Part shown: in pieces, positions 14,390-26,800 of the stretch
Numbering within the stretch: position 1 is the stretch's first letter
Layout of the letters: every line of letters starts with the position of its first letter
Origin: Rhizophagus irregularis
Lineage: Eukaryota
Reading direction: 5' to 3'
Length of the DNA: 64,000 nt
Assembly (NCBI RefSeq): GCF_026210795.1
Contig: NC_089433.1
Coordinates: forward strand, 868,001 to 932,000
Made by a program: the position numbers and the translations under genes
The notes under the pieces: generated by a model
What the model saw: the letters and a program-made list of their open reading frames with translations, nothing else
Told to the model about the DNA's origin: nothing
Databases searched by the model: none

Positions 14390-15640
14390 TCTAGAACAGG
14401 AAAACATCTCATGCAATGTTATTCGCGTCCAGTAATCATTGCAGGGTGAGTGCGTTTTTTTGTTTTGTTTATCATTTTTTGTTGCTAATTTCTTTTTTAC
14501 TAACTATTTCTTGTTTCTTCTTTTAAGTTTCGGTAATTCTTCAAGGCCCTGGTGAGTTTATTCTTTCATTTTCATTGTGTTTCAAATTTCTTGTTACTAA
14601 TTAGTTTCATTATTTTTCTTTTAGATTCTAGGGGTTTCGAAGTTCTGAACGAATGAAATTGGTGAGTTCGTCTGACTTTAAAAATATTTATTTTTTTTTT
14701 TAAAATAAGAGAAACGTTTTACTAACCGTTTCTTCATTTTTTAGGATCTCCTTTGGAGTCTTTGAATGGACAGAATTTGTAAGTTCATCCGATTTTCTTT
14801 TCTCTTTTTTAAAAACGTTTTATTAATGTTTCTTCTTCTCTTCCGTAGGTTCTTCCAGTTTTCGATTTTGGATTAGAATACCAGTAGGTTTAAAGCTTCA
14901 AAACTCATTTTTTTTCTTTTATTTTTTTAAAGAAACATTTATTAACGTTTCTTACTTTTTTCTTGTAGGTTTTTTAGACTTTTGACTTTGATTTCAGGTT
15001 TATTCGGCAAAAAGTTTTAAAGGTATTCTTCGAAACTTATTTTTAAAAATTTTATATTTGATGGAAGCATTCTTTGACACTTCCTTCTTTTTTGTAGATT
15101 CTGGTATTGTGGATTCGGGACATATTTTTTTTAAAGGAAATGTTAGAGCTATGGCTTCCTCAGCTGAATACCGGGCTCAATTTACAGCCTTGAAAGTCCT
15201 AATAAGTTTTTTAGACACTTTTGAAAACTTTAGGTTTTACTGGATATGGCTGCTTTTTGAACAAATTTTAATAGCTGTTTGTTGGAATTGAACCAACTGG
15301 AACAATGTCCAAACCAAATACATTAACAACATATATATTTGTAGTATAGAATAATTACTAGTGTAGTTTTAATTAATTTGTACATATAATTTGTAATGCT
15401 TTTATTAAATAAATTGACACACATTAAAATAATAGCAGATAACTGAATTTGAGTTGTTTTGTTTTGAAAAATTCCGGAGAAAAATTTTTAAAATTCTGTG
15501 CAGATTTTTTTAATACTTGCAGATCTGCGCATGTTTTATTAAAAATTTTTCTCTGATGTGCGTTGACAGGGTAGCAAATCTGCGCAGAAATTTAGGCCAG
15601 AGATCTTTGCAGATTTTTACCCTAAAAAATTTACCGATGT
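14390..15640 (+). other. Multi-exon, apparently non-coding spliced unit with a TE-like right end
   Basis: At least 7 exons, mostly 24-56 nt, bounded by polypyrimidine-AG and GTRAGT-like sites with CTAAY/TTAAY branch motifs. Subterminal TCTGCGCAGA repeats at 15,495-15,615. Confidence 0.5.
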
Positions 15641-16189
15641 AGTAATTAATAAATTGAGGTAATAACTTCATAATCTGCCAATATCGCAAAGAATTTAAGA
15701 AATTTTTATTTTTTTCTATTTTTTTTTTATATTCAAAGTAATTCTGTGGGTTCTAATATTAGCTCCTCTCAATATATTTCAAATATTTACAAGGTAATCA
15801 TTTATAAATTATTAACATTATGTAAAAAATATATATATTTATTAGTACTTCCCATTAATAGTGCATAGACCATCAATTAATAAAAATCGAGCTTTCAATT
15901 TTTTTTAAAAAAAAACAGGTTTTTTTAGATTTTAATAAAACAAAAACTGAATTTTTTTATTATTTAATAAAAAGGGTTTCAATTTTACCTAAATAAACAT
16001 TTCAGCTAGTAAAAAAAAAAATTTGTTTTTTTAAAATATATACGAATTGTTAATTACTAATCAGCATCGGGATTCAGAGCCTTATGAAAAATGTTGAAAT
16101 GACATTTTTTTTATAAATAAGTAATAAATAATAGATCTATTTTATTCTTTAAAAAAAAACATACAAATTTTTTCCAGTAACAATTATTA

Positions 16190-16990
16190 GTAAAAAGCAA
16201 TTATCTGCCATAGTAATGATAAAAAGGAATCAAATAATTATCATATATGTATGGCAAATTATAATATTTCAGAAGTAATGCTTATTTATAAAAAATCAAT
16301 CATAATAGCTTATTATGCCCTAATAAATAGATGGTATTCATGGTAAAAAACTTGAAATATTAGCTAATTTATCTTTTGCCTCTTTAATTCCATTGTCTGA
16401 AGCTTTTCCATACCAATAATTTGCTCTATCAATATCTTTGTAAATACCTATACCACCAAAATAGCATTTTGCTACATAATTTTGTGCTTCTGCAATTCCA
16501 CCTTCAGTTCATAACAAAATCCTAAATTACATTGTCCTAAAGCATACTCTGCATTTGCTGATTTTACGTACCATTCAAATGCTTACCATACTGAAAATAA
16601 AGACCTAAATTATTTTGTGCTATTGCATATCTATTTTCTGCTGATTTTAAATACCATTCAAATGCTTTATTTCATTCTTTTCAGTTCCTATACCATGGTC
16701 ATAACAATAACCTAATTTACATTGTCCATTAGCACTTCCTGAAATAGCTGATTTCATGTACCATTGAAATGCTTTTGTTTTATTTTTATCTATACCTACA
16801 CCATGGTCATCTAAATTGCATTGACCATCAGCATACCCTGCATTAGCCGATTTTGTATACCATTCGAATGCTTTTATTTCATTTTTTATCTATTCATTAA
16901 AAATTTTTTCATTGTAAAAATTATTAAATTTTTTAACAAATTCTCATCATCATCATCTTGAGAAATAATGAAATTATTATTATTATCCAT
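16190..16990 (-). pseudogene. Sel1-like repeat protein relic
   Basis: Minus-strand translation gives KAFEWYTKSANAGYADGQCNL and KAFQWYMKSAISGSANGQCKLGYCYDHGIGTEK repeats, broken by indels and stops. Confidence 0.8.
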
Positions 16991-17580
16991 GGTTTTTTTT
17001 TAACAAGTTTGATGATATTGTTTATTGTTAGGAACGTTAAATTATTATTAGGACGTTAAATATTTATTTCTTTTATATTCACTATTTGGGTGAAAGATTT
17101 TCATGCTTAGTGTATAAAAACAATGTAGTAATTAGTAAACATTTTATTGCAAAAAAATGAGACCCAAACCATGTGATTCAATGTAACAATATTTACTGCG
17201 CTATTTAAATCAAAAATATAATAATGACTTCATCCTTCTTATAAATAATAGTTTGGAAAAACATAAATTTATTAATAAATCTTGTGGAACAATCATGAAT
17301 TGATACTAGATGTACAGTATAACTAAGAATTATTGAAAATGACAATTTTTTTTTTTTGTAACGCATTTCTTTATTAATTAGAGTTGCCTATCAAAAGTAA
17401 TACCAATTACAGATAGAAATACTTAGACAAATATGATATGACCCTATAACAAAAAAAAAGATCTAATATAATAGGCTAACTAAACTATGCTGATAACGCT
17501 ACAACACTTTACACGAAAAAAAATGTATATATATATATATTGTTTTATATTTTATTTAAATTGTTAGTAAAAACAATATA

Positions 17581-17694
17581 CACAGTGAAATTCGATATAC
17601 CGGAACCTCGATATAACGGATCATAAGTAAAATCTTGATATATCGGAACGGATTAACATAACGTAATGGTTCCATTATGTCGAATTTCACTGTG
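17581..17694. mobile_element. Tc1/mariner-pogo-like MITE
   Basis: TIR CACAGTGAAATTCGA / TCGAATTTCACTGTG, flanked by TA on both sides. Confidence 0.75.
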
Positions 17695-18237
17695 TATGTA
17701 TATAAACCTATATCTAAAATTGTCTAGTAAAATCACACGATTTTCCGTTTACGGAAATGGAAAATGGCAAGTTGTTGATAACTGGTTTGTATTATGTAGA
17801 CTAACGTCTTGTATTATAAAACTAAATAAAAATTTCAATCAAAGTATAAAATAAATACTGTCTGTAAGGTGACTATAGCTGGTATATATTGAATCAACTT
17901 TTTATAATTCTCATATTAAAGAATAAAATAGTGAGAGACGTAAGATTTTATTTAATTCCATAAATTCTTATATTGGAATAATTACATCCGATTATTTTTT
18001 AGTATTTAATTTTACGGAAGATAAGTGTTATAAACTTTTCTAATAACCAAAGGCAAGTAGACATATTATAGTTTTATTCCGTTACAATACAATATTAAAT
18101 TCTTATAAATTATTTAACGCAATAATTTTAATGGAGCGTTAAATAAAAATCTACTTTTTTTTAAAAAAAAAACGGGTTGCGAGACTATATAATAAAGACC
18201 AGTGAACAATTCATTGTTTTTTAAGATTGTGAGCTAG

Positions 18238-18404
18238 CCCTGTAAAAAAAGTCGATCCGTCCGTCTTTTTTCCGTAAAAGGTCGGAATTAATAACCTTAT
18301 ATCACGGAATTTATCGAATTATTTACATTTTCCGTGAATGGATCCGTGAAAGGCTCATTTTACAGAGTTTTTTACAGAAATAACGGATAAAATTTTTTAT
18401 AGGG
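18238..18404. mobile_element. MITE with CCCTRTAA termini
   Basis: CCCTGTAAAA...TTTTATAGGG with 3-bp TSD TAG. Confidence 0.75.
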
Positions 18405-18842
18405 TAGTTCGTTGATCAATCTGGTGTAACGCATATCGCACGCCATACTAACTTATCATACTATTTAGGAATTATCATAATGATCATAGTCACCATTTTC
18501 ATCACATGTAACTATATTTATTGTTTACTATTCCAAATTAAAAGGTTTGGCGTATAGCATTTCAGCATTAAAAGTTAGTTTAAAATGAAAATGATTTAAC
18601 CTTGACGAAATTTGTTTGGATATTTACTAAAAGCAGATAGATTCTGCACTACCATGTGAATAATCTAATTATTTAAATTGTTCTCTTTTTCTTTCTTTTC
18701 CATTCTTAATAAGCATTTGGTTTTTTGAGTTTTTCCCTGCAAAAAATCAAAAAAAATAATTTTCATTTTATAAAGATTTAAATTATTTATCTCACGTATT
18801 TATTCATTTAAATTCATATTTTTAGTTATTTAATAAATAATA

Positions 18843-19211
18843 ATGTCACATACTTTGTCAATACCACTTGAATTCCAAATATGTATGCATAGCAATAAAA
18901 AACAACAACAACCTCAACATTATTTTCCAGAAGTTGAAACGTATAATTGCGAGTTTAGAGAGGCAGATCGTATCGCAAGTATATTTTACAAATGGAAACT
19001 TAAATACAATTTAAACAATCTTGAATTTGATATTTTAGAAGTATGGTATTATGGAATCGATTTAATCACGAAAAAAAATACCTGGAAAATTATCCTAGAT
19101 TATGATGATCGTGTCATCGGGTCATTTTATAATAAGAAAAGTTTTCATCGTTTATTATTTCGATTCATAGTAAGAAGGAAATTCAGTAAGTACGAAATTA
19201 TAGAGGTGTAA
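18843..19211 (+). CDS. Hypothetical protein (122 aa)
   Basis: ATG-initiated ORF with globular-protein-like composition in otherwise non-coding DNA. No motif recognised; the 3' end may be spliced at GTAAGT ~19,186. Confidence 0.5.
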   Translation: MSHTLSIPLEFQICMHSNKKQQQPQHYFPEVETYNCEFREADRIASIFYKWKLKYNLNNLEFDILEVWYYGIDLITKKNTWKIILDYDDRVIGSFYNKKSFHRLLFRFIVRRKFSKYEIIEV

Positions 19212-21498
19212 CTTGTAATGTAGAGGGGATGGGAACAGGGAACAGGACGCTGGGACAGATCATTTTTAATGGAAATACAGTCACAGCCGATTACTAGGAC
19301 ATATATTTGATTTTCGCCGTACAAGACGATAAACCAATTTTTTTATTAGAAAGATTAATAAGATGAATTTAATAAATATTATATTGCCCTATTCCTCAGA
19401 ATTAAATCATTTCTAATATTTACTAGACGCATGATTATTATGACTTGAAACGATTAAAGCGCGGACAACATTGTCCCAGCCAAACGCACCAAACCATACC
19501 ATTTGTAATGCATGAGAATAGAGAAAATCAAGTTAATAATCACAATAGTTAAAATAAGTAAAATGTAGTGTCTTAATAGTTTATTATAGTTTAATATAAT
19601 AAATAGTAAAATTAATAGTACGTAAAATAAGTTTTTAACTTTTTTGCTGATGAAGTTGTTTCACTATCACCAAAAATAATTATACTCAAGCAATAATCTG
19701 ATCTCCGTCCAACATACAATGACAAAGAAAATTCAATAACAACACGTTTGAAGTTGGTAACATTAAAAGTAGTTTGTAGTAAGATCATATATATACAAGT
19801 TAATATTTACTATTTATAAATTTTATCAATTATATTCGCCATTATTTTTACCAGCGCCGTAATTATTTTTATTATGTTTTCAACTCAAGTATTTCTTACA
19901 TTCATACCTAAATTAAATACATGCGATATCCTACGATATAATTATTTCCCATTTTATAATCTCTTTCTTTTTTCCAATTTTTTATTATCTTTCGATCCAT
20001 CATCTCTTCTATAATACCTTTTGTTTCTCAAGCTCGCTTATTTTGATCACATCTATATTCTTGTTTTTATATTCTCAAAAACATTAAATATAAACTCTTT
20101 TGCTCGATGTTTATTAAAAACTATTAATAGTTCCACTATTAAAAAATCTAAATAATGATTATAACTCAGTGGATATAACAATTATTGTTCATTCTTAGCT
20201 AAACAATAATACCTCGACAAATAAGCACTTTTTGCGACAGAGACTAGCCAAACTAATCACCAGTTACTATAGGATATTATGTATAGCTGATTCGTAAACT
20301 TCTGCAATTCATTAAATGCTTAATTAGGTAGTCATGTTCGCCTTTTCAATAATATGATCTTCTAATTTTTGATGGAAAAAATTTGGAGAAAAAAATAAAA
20401 TAAAATAAAATAAAAAATTGTATTTCACCAATTTAAAATGCATCAGTTTTGCTCGAGTAAAAAGACTTGAGAGGATTTATAACTTGAAACAAAAATTTAT
20501 TAACCCATAAAATCTTATACTTGTTCATTAATATACTGTATATAAAGTATAAAAAATATTTTTTTTTTTTAGACAAAAATTTCATCAATCCATCTTAAAG
20601 AAAAATATCAAGAATTAATAATTTAGTTAGTATGATTTTGTAAAATAGTATGTAGTTTAGTATCATACGTATGATTTTAAATCGTACGTACTACTTTGAT
20701 TGCTAAATATAGAAAAATTGTACGTATATACATACTTTTTTACCAGCCTCGTCATACACTTTTTCAATCCCTTGAAGTCCTAGCATGTCATTATTTATGT
20801 GTATTCATCTTTAAATGAATAAATTATAAACACAATCATATTTAAGCTTTTTCATGTTCTTTATTAAATTTTAAATTTTAAATTTTCTCGCAGAACTTAA
20901 GTGAAAAAAATTGAAGCTGCAAAATACTAAATTACCTATAAAAAAATTCTATAGTAGGATTATAATCCTAATCCTTTTTCTTTACTAAATTAGCCAATTC
21001 TAAAGCTTCGATAATTTCTTTTACATCTGAGAGAACTATTTCCATTTTATTAATTATTTAATATTTGAAATTTTTTTTTTTTTTAAAAAAAATAAATCTA
21101 AAAAATTAGGGAAAGAATAATTACATATTTTTCGTATTTTATAATTGTCTACTGTGTAACCGTTGATCAAACTCATAAATTCGTTATTTGTGTGTAATAA
21201 AAAAATTTAAATACATACATAAGTATATATGTACCATAAAAAATCATACATACAAAGTAAAAATTCCATCAAACATACTAACAAAATCATACTATACTAA
21301 TATTATATATACTCGCTTTTCAGGCGCGAACGTTGCCAAATTCTTAGTTTACAGTATGTATGATATAGCTAATAGCACATGATCATTGTGTAATCCGGTT
21401 AAATGATTTTCCGTTTGCCGAACAAAAATAAATACAAATATCCAAATTTTACAATTTTCGCACCATAAACTTCAACCTCTATTGAATTATTCTCAAAA

Positions 21499-23805
21499 AT
21501 GACAAATTATTATTGGATTATAGCTCAACATTCTGGAAAAGTTCTTGAAGTTGAAAATGGTTCTTTTTGTAGTTGTGCTAACATTATACAACATACTAAG
21601 AAATCTGAGCTTGACCCCTTCGTAAAGTGTTGCATATTCTTTTAATAAAAATAGTTTGTTATTATTAATAATAATTTGATTATTATTTAATTAATCATTT
21701 TTTTTTTATCTATATTTAGGTTGATATGCAACTCTGGTATTTTGATGGTGGATTTATTGTAAACAAAAGATCTGGCTTCGTGATTGATGTCGCTGAAGGT
21801 ATGTAACACTATGTATGATTCATTATTATAAACCGAAATCTTCTAATTTCTAACTCAAAAACTTTTTTTCTTTACTAATCAAGAGATAATCGAAAATTGT
21901 AAGTAATTATGTTTTAAAATATTATTGTGTGTTTTTTTTCTTTAATTCCATAATTAACGTATTTCAATAATAATTAAGGTACGAAAATTATTCAATATCC
22001 AAGGAAACCTGAACCATCTCAAAATCAAGAATGGGAATACAACCATGAGGACAACACTATCGGTTTGAAATCTAATCGAAATTTTGTCCTTGATGTTGAG
22101 GTAAAAATGTTATTGAAATACATTACTAGAAATAAATAATTAAGAATTCAATATTTAATCCCTTTTCTTGTTTTTGTTACAGGAATCAAAAACAGATAAT
22201 CATGCCTTCATCATCCTATATGAAAAGCATGGTGGAGAGAATCAACAATTCATTTTGCAAAAATGGAATGATTGTTCAGTTATCGAAAATGCAGTACCGA
22301 AAATTATTGACAATTATAGATTTTTGCCTAAATTATCACAAAATTTCCTTGAAATTTTGAATGATGACGAATATTATGATATTAATATTGAAGTTGGTAA
22401 CGACCCACATGTAAAAACATTTCATGCTCATATGATTATTTTAAATTACCGTTCTCCTTATCTACGAAGTAAGTTGTCAACTAATAAAAAGAATAATGAT
22501 GGAACTTTGGCGCATATTGAACTACCTAATATTTTACCCGAAATTTTTGAAGTGATTTTAAGGTAAGTATTAATTACTATGTATTATTTTTTTTTTTATT
22601 TATCAATATATTTTAATTTCAATCGTTATCTTAGATACATTTATGGTGGAAAACTTTCTCTGAAAGAATGTGATTCTACGGATGTAATTAAGTTATTAGT
22701 TGCCGCTAAAGAACTAGATCTTCAGGAATTAATTATCTATATACAATCTTTTTTGATTGAATATAAAGCAAACTGGATGGAACAAAATTTTGAATTAATC
22801 TATCGAACGAGCTTTGAAAATAATTCTTTCTTGGACCTTCAAAAATATTGTAATAATTTAATATCTAATGAACCGGATAAGATATTCAGGTCACCAAATT
22901 TCACTTCAATTCCGGAAAAGCTTTTGATTTCAGTTATTCAAGATGATAATCTTCAAATGAGTGAAATTCAAGTTTGGGAGCATGTACTTAAATGGGGAGT
23001 CGCTCAAAATCGAGAATTGCCATCTGATGTCGCAAACTATTCAAAAGATGATTTCAACACTTTGAAGAGTACTTTACAACAATGCATCCAGTTTATTAGA
23101 TTTTACAATTTATCATCTGTAGAATTTGCGGAAAAGGTATTTCCTTACAAAAAAATTTTACCGAAAGAATTATGTAAAGATTTATTATTAAGTCTTTTGA
23201 ATCCTAATAACAAGAAAGGTGATTCAAAACCTCGTATACCTAGAAACATTGATATAAAAGATATTGATTCTAATATTATTACATCTCAACATGCTGAAAA
23301 AATCTCAAAATGGGTCGATAGATTAGATGTTAATGATGAGCAAGATTCTCCATACGAATTCAAATTATTATTTCGTGGATCTCGTGATGGATTCTATCCT
23401 AATAAGTTTCATGAAATTTGTGATCTACAATCTCACACTGTGACAATTGCTAAAGTGAAAGACAGTAACGAAATTCTTGGAGGATATAATCCTCTTGAAT
23501 GGAAATCTGTTGATAGATATAGTAATACTTATGATAGTTTTATATTTTCTTTTAATAATAAAAATAGAAACGAGAATTATATTTTAAGTCGTGTAAAAGA
23601 TAATCAATATGCTATAGATAATAAATCTTATTATGGTCCATCATTTGGTAACGGAGATCTTATTATATGGGGATTAGATATTAAAGCATTTGGTAATTAT
23701 TGTAATGTTTGTAAAAATTCTTATGAAAGTTCGATTAGGGAAACTGAAGAGAGATTTTATGTTGAAGAATATGAAGTATTTCGATTGATGAAAATTTACT
23801 CATGA
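21499..23805 (+). CDS. Ricin-B (CBM13-like) lectin + BTB/POZ + BACK + TLDc protein, 6 exons
   Basis: Exons at about 21499-21621, 21720-21798, 21884-21898 (15 nt), 21979-22100, 22183-22562 and 22635-23805 join in frame. QxW-type repeats (MQLW, NQEW, NQQF); BTB FHAHMIILNYRSPY; TLDc LLFRGSRDGF...ILGGYNP...YGPSFG. Confidence 0.9.
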
Positions 23806-24056
23806 ATTTTTTTCTTTATAAAAAAAAACAAATAAAAAAATAATAACAAAAATAAATTATTTACAAATGCTTAAAATGCTTAGCTTATTTACTTATCACA
23901 TGAACATTTCACATGATTGATATCAAATCAAATGTTGTCTCACGCACTAAAATTTAACGTTGCACAGACATTATTTTATTAAAAACCCGTTTCACAAATT
24001 ATGCAAATCATTGGGGAATTCTTTCTCATTTCTTCTTTATCGAATTAATTTATATA

Positions 24057-25665
24057 ATGGATGATGATAAACTTTTTTTATCTAAATTATCCCAAAATTT
24101 ACTTGAAATTTTAAATGATGAAGAATATTATGATATAACTATTGAAGTTGGTAATGACCCTCAAGTAAAAATATTTCGTGCGCATATGATTATTTTATAT
24201 TATCGTTCTTCATATTTACAAAGAATTTTATCGACTAATAAAAGAAAAAATGATGAAACTTTGACACATATTAAATTACCAAATATTTCACCTAAAGTTT
24301 TTCAAATAATTTTAAGGTAATAAAATTCTAAATTTAACAGGACTTTAAACAAAAAATTTAATATAATTTAATATAATTTAATATTCCTAATCCTAATTTT
24401 ATAATTTTTTTTTTATTATTATTTTTAGGTATATTTATAGTGGAAGAATTTCTTTGAAAGAAAATAATATTTTAGATATAATTAATTTACTAGTTTCTGC
24501 TAGTGAACTTGGTATTCAGGAATTAATCCTTTACATACAATCTTTTTTGATTGAAAATAAATCAAACTGGATGGAACAAAATTTCGATTTAATCTATCGA
24601 ACAAGCTTTGAAAATGATTCTTTCTTGGATCTTCAAAAATATTGCACTGAATTAATTTCTAAACAACCAGAAAAAATATTTAATTCAACAAATTTCACTT
24701 CAATTTCAGAAAAACTTTTAATTTCAATTATTCAAAATGATAATCTTCAAATGAACGAAATTCAAGTTTGGGAAAATGTTCTTATATGGGGACGTGCTCA
24801 AAATCCAGAACTTCCATCTGATATCACAAACTATTCAAAAGATGATTTTAATGTTTTAAGGAATACCTTGCAACAATGTATTCCATTTATTAAATTTTAC
24901 AATTTAACTACTAAAGAATTTGTGGATAAAGTATTACCTTATAAAAAAATTTTACCAAAGGATTTATATAAAGATTTATTAAAAGTCCTTTTAAATTATT
25001 TAGATCCTAATATCAAACTAAATGATAGAACAAAACCCAACGTAACTAAAGAAATTATTAATACTGAATCTATTGATTCAAAAATTATTACACATCAACA
25101 TGTTGAAGCAATCCCAAAACCCAACGTAACTAAAGAAATTATTAATACTGAAACTATTGATTCAAAAATTGTTACACATCAACATGTTGAAACAATCTCA
25201 AAATGGATCGACAGATTAGAAATTACTGATGAGTTAACTTCATCTTATGAATTCAAATTGTTATTTCGTGGATCTCGTGATGGATTTTGTCCTAAAAAAT
25301 TCCACGAAATTTGTGATAATCAATCTCGCACTGTTACGCTGGTTAAAGTAAAGGGCAACAACGAGATCCTTGGAGGATATAACCCGACTGAATGGATGTC
25401 TGATTATAGTCGGAATTATAATGAGGATTGTTTTATATTCTCTTTTAATAATAATATAATTAAAGATTGTATTATAAGTCGCGTAATGGCTAATAATGGA
25501 GCTACATGGAATTGTTTTTGTTATGGTCCATTATTTGGTTCTAATGATCTTATTATATGGGGATCCAGAGGTGAATGTCGTTGTTTTAAATCTGACTATG
25601 AAAAACCGATTAGAAAAGAGAGAAGATTTTCTATAGAAGAATTTGAAGTATTTAAAGTCGTGTAG
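24057..25665 (+). CDS. BTB/POZ + BACK + TLDc protein, 2 exons
   Basis: Tandem paralog of the upstream gene without the lectin domain. Intron about 24,317-24,428 at the same position (ILR/YIY). Internal 84-bp tandem duplication. Confidence 0.9.
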
Positions 25666-26800
25666 GCACTCACTTTTCGATAATGACAAATTCTTATAGT
25701 TTTTTAAATTTTTGGTGAGCTAATTTTTCTTGTAAGTTTCTCAGATAAATAAAATTTTGAATTTAAACTACCACATAACAATAATTTTTAGTGAATTTTT
25801 TTTATATCATGTCATATGTTTTTATCGTAAAAATAACAATCTTGGTTATAATTTATACGAAGGCACAGTTCATGTCCTAACGTAAAAATCAAAAATGATA
25901 TTTTAGACTGAAATTATGCATAGTGCATAGTTTTTTGAGTTTATAACGAAATATTACCTTCTGTTACCGATCTTCTATTTGAAGATATATTATGTCATGA
26001 TTAGGCGTCTACTTATATGCAAAAAATATGGGTACAAGCATGTATTAATTATCTAGCATTTAACCTTTTTTAAAAATAATGTCAGACTGTGACATAAAAG
26101 TGGCAAGATTTATTGGGAAGTCAGTAATTACATAAATGAATTTCAAAAGGGAAAATATTTCTTTCTGTAACAAAATAATAACTGAATGATCGATAAGTCA
26201 AAATTTGACCAATATAAATAACATTCTGATCTAAATAATGTTGAATAACATCAATGTCAATGATAAATAATTATGTATTCACGAAGCATAATTTAGGATT
26301 CTGCAACCCGGCACATGCCCATGCCTAAAAAAAAATTTGGGGCACGGGAGTAGGTATTGCTATAGGCATCAATGCCTGGCAAATAAAAAGGCTTGAACAC
26401 TGTAATTGGGATTGCACTGCACTAGTACTTGACATGGTGCTAAGTAAATAATATATACATTTTTTGCTCAGCAAAGAAAAATACAATTTTTTAGAAAAAA
26501 GTACATACATTATATTGATAACATTAATAGCAAATATCATATATTGTTAGGGTATATTGTTGTCAAAGCTTCCATTAGAAAGTAAACAAAAAAATGACGG
26601 GCAAATGGGCACTATCTTGCATAAAGCTAAATGATATCTAAAATTGGCTCTTAATTAAAATCATAATAATATCATTTTTATAATTCTCATTACATTTTCT
26701 TTTACCATTTAATTACTTAATTTTAATTTAATTTTAATATTAGATAATAATATCGCGTTTTAAATATATTTCATATAGATAAAAATTAAATACCTCCGAA

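Noticed and set aside
20620..21310. Degenerate inverted AGTATGATTTT / AAAATCATAC repeats
   Set aside because: Probably an old MITE, but boundaries and TSD could not be defined.
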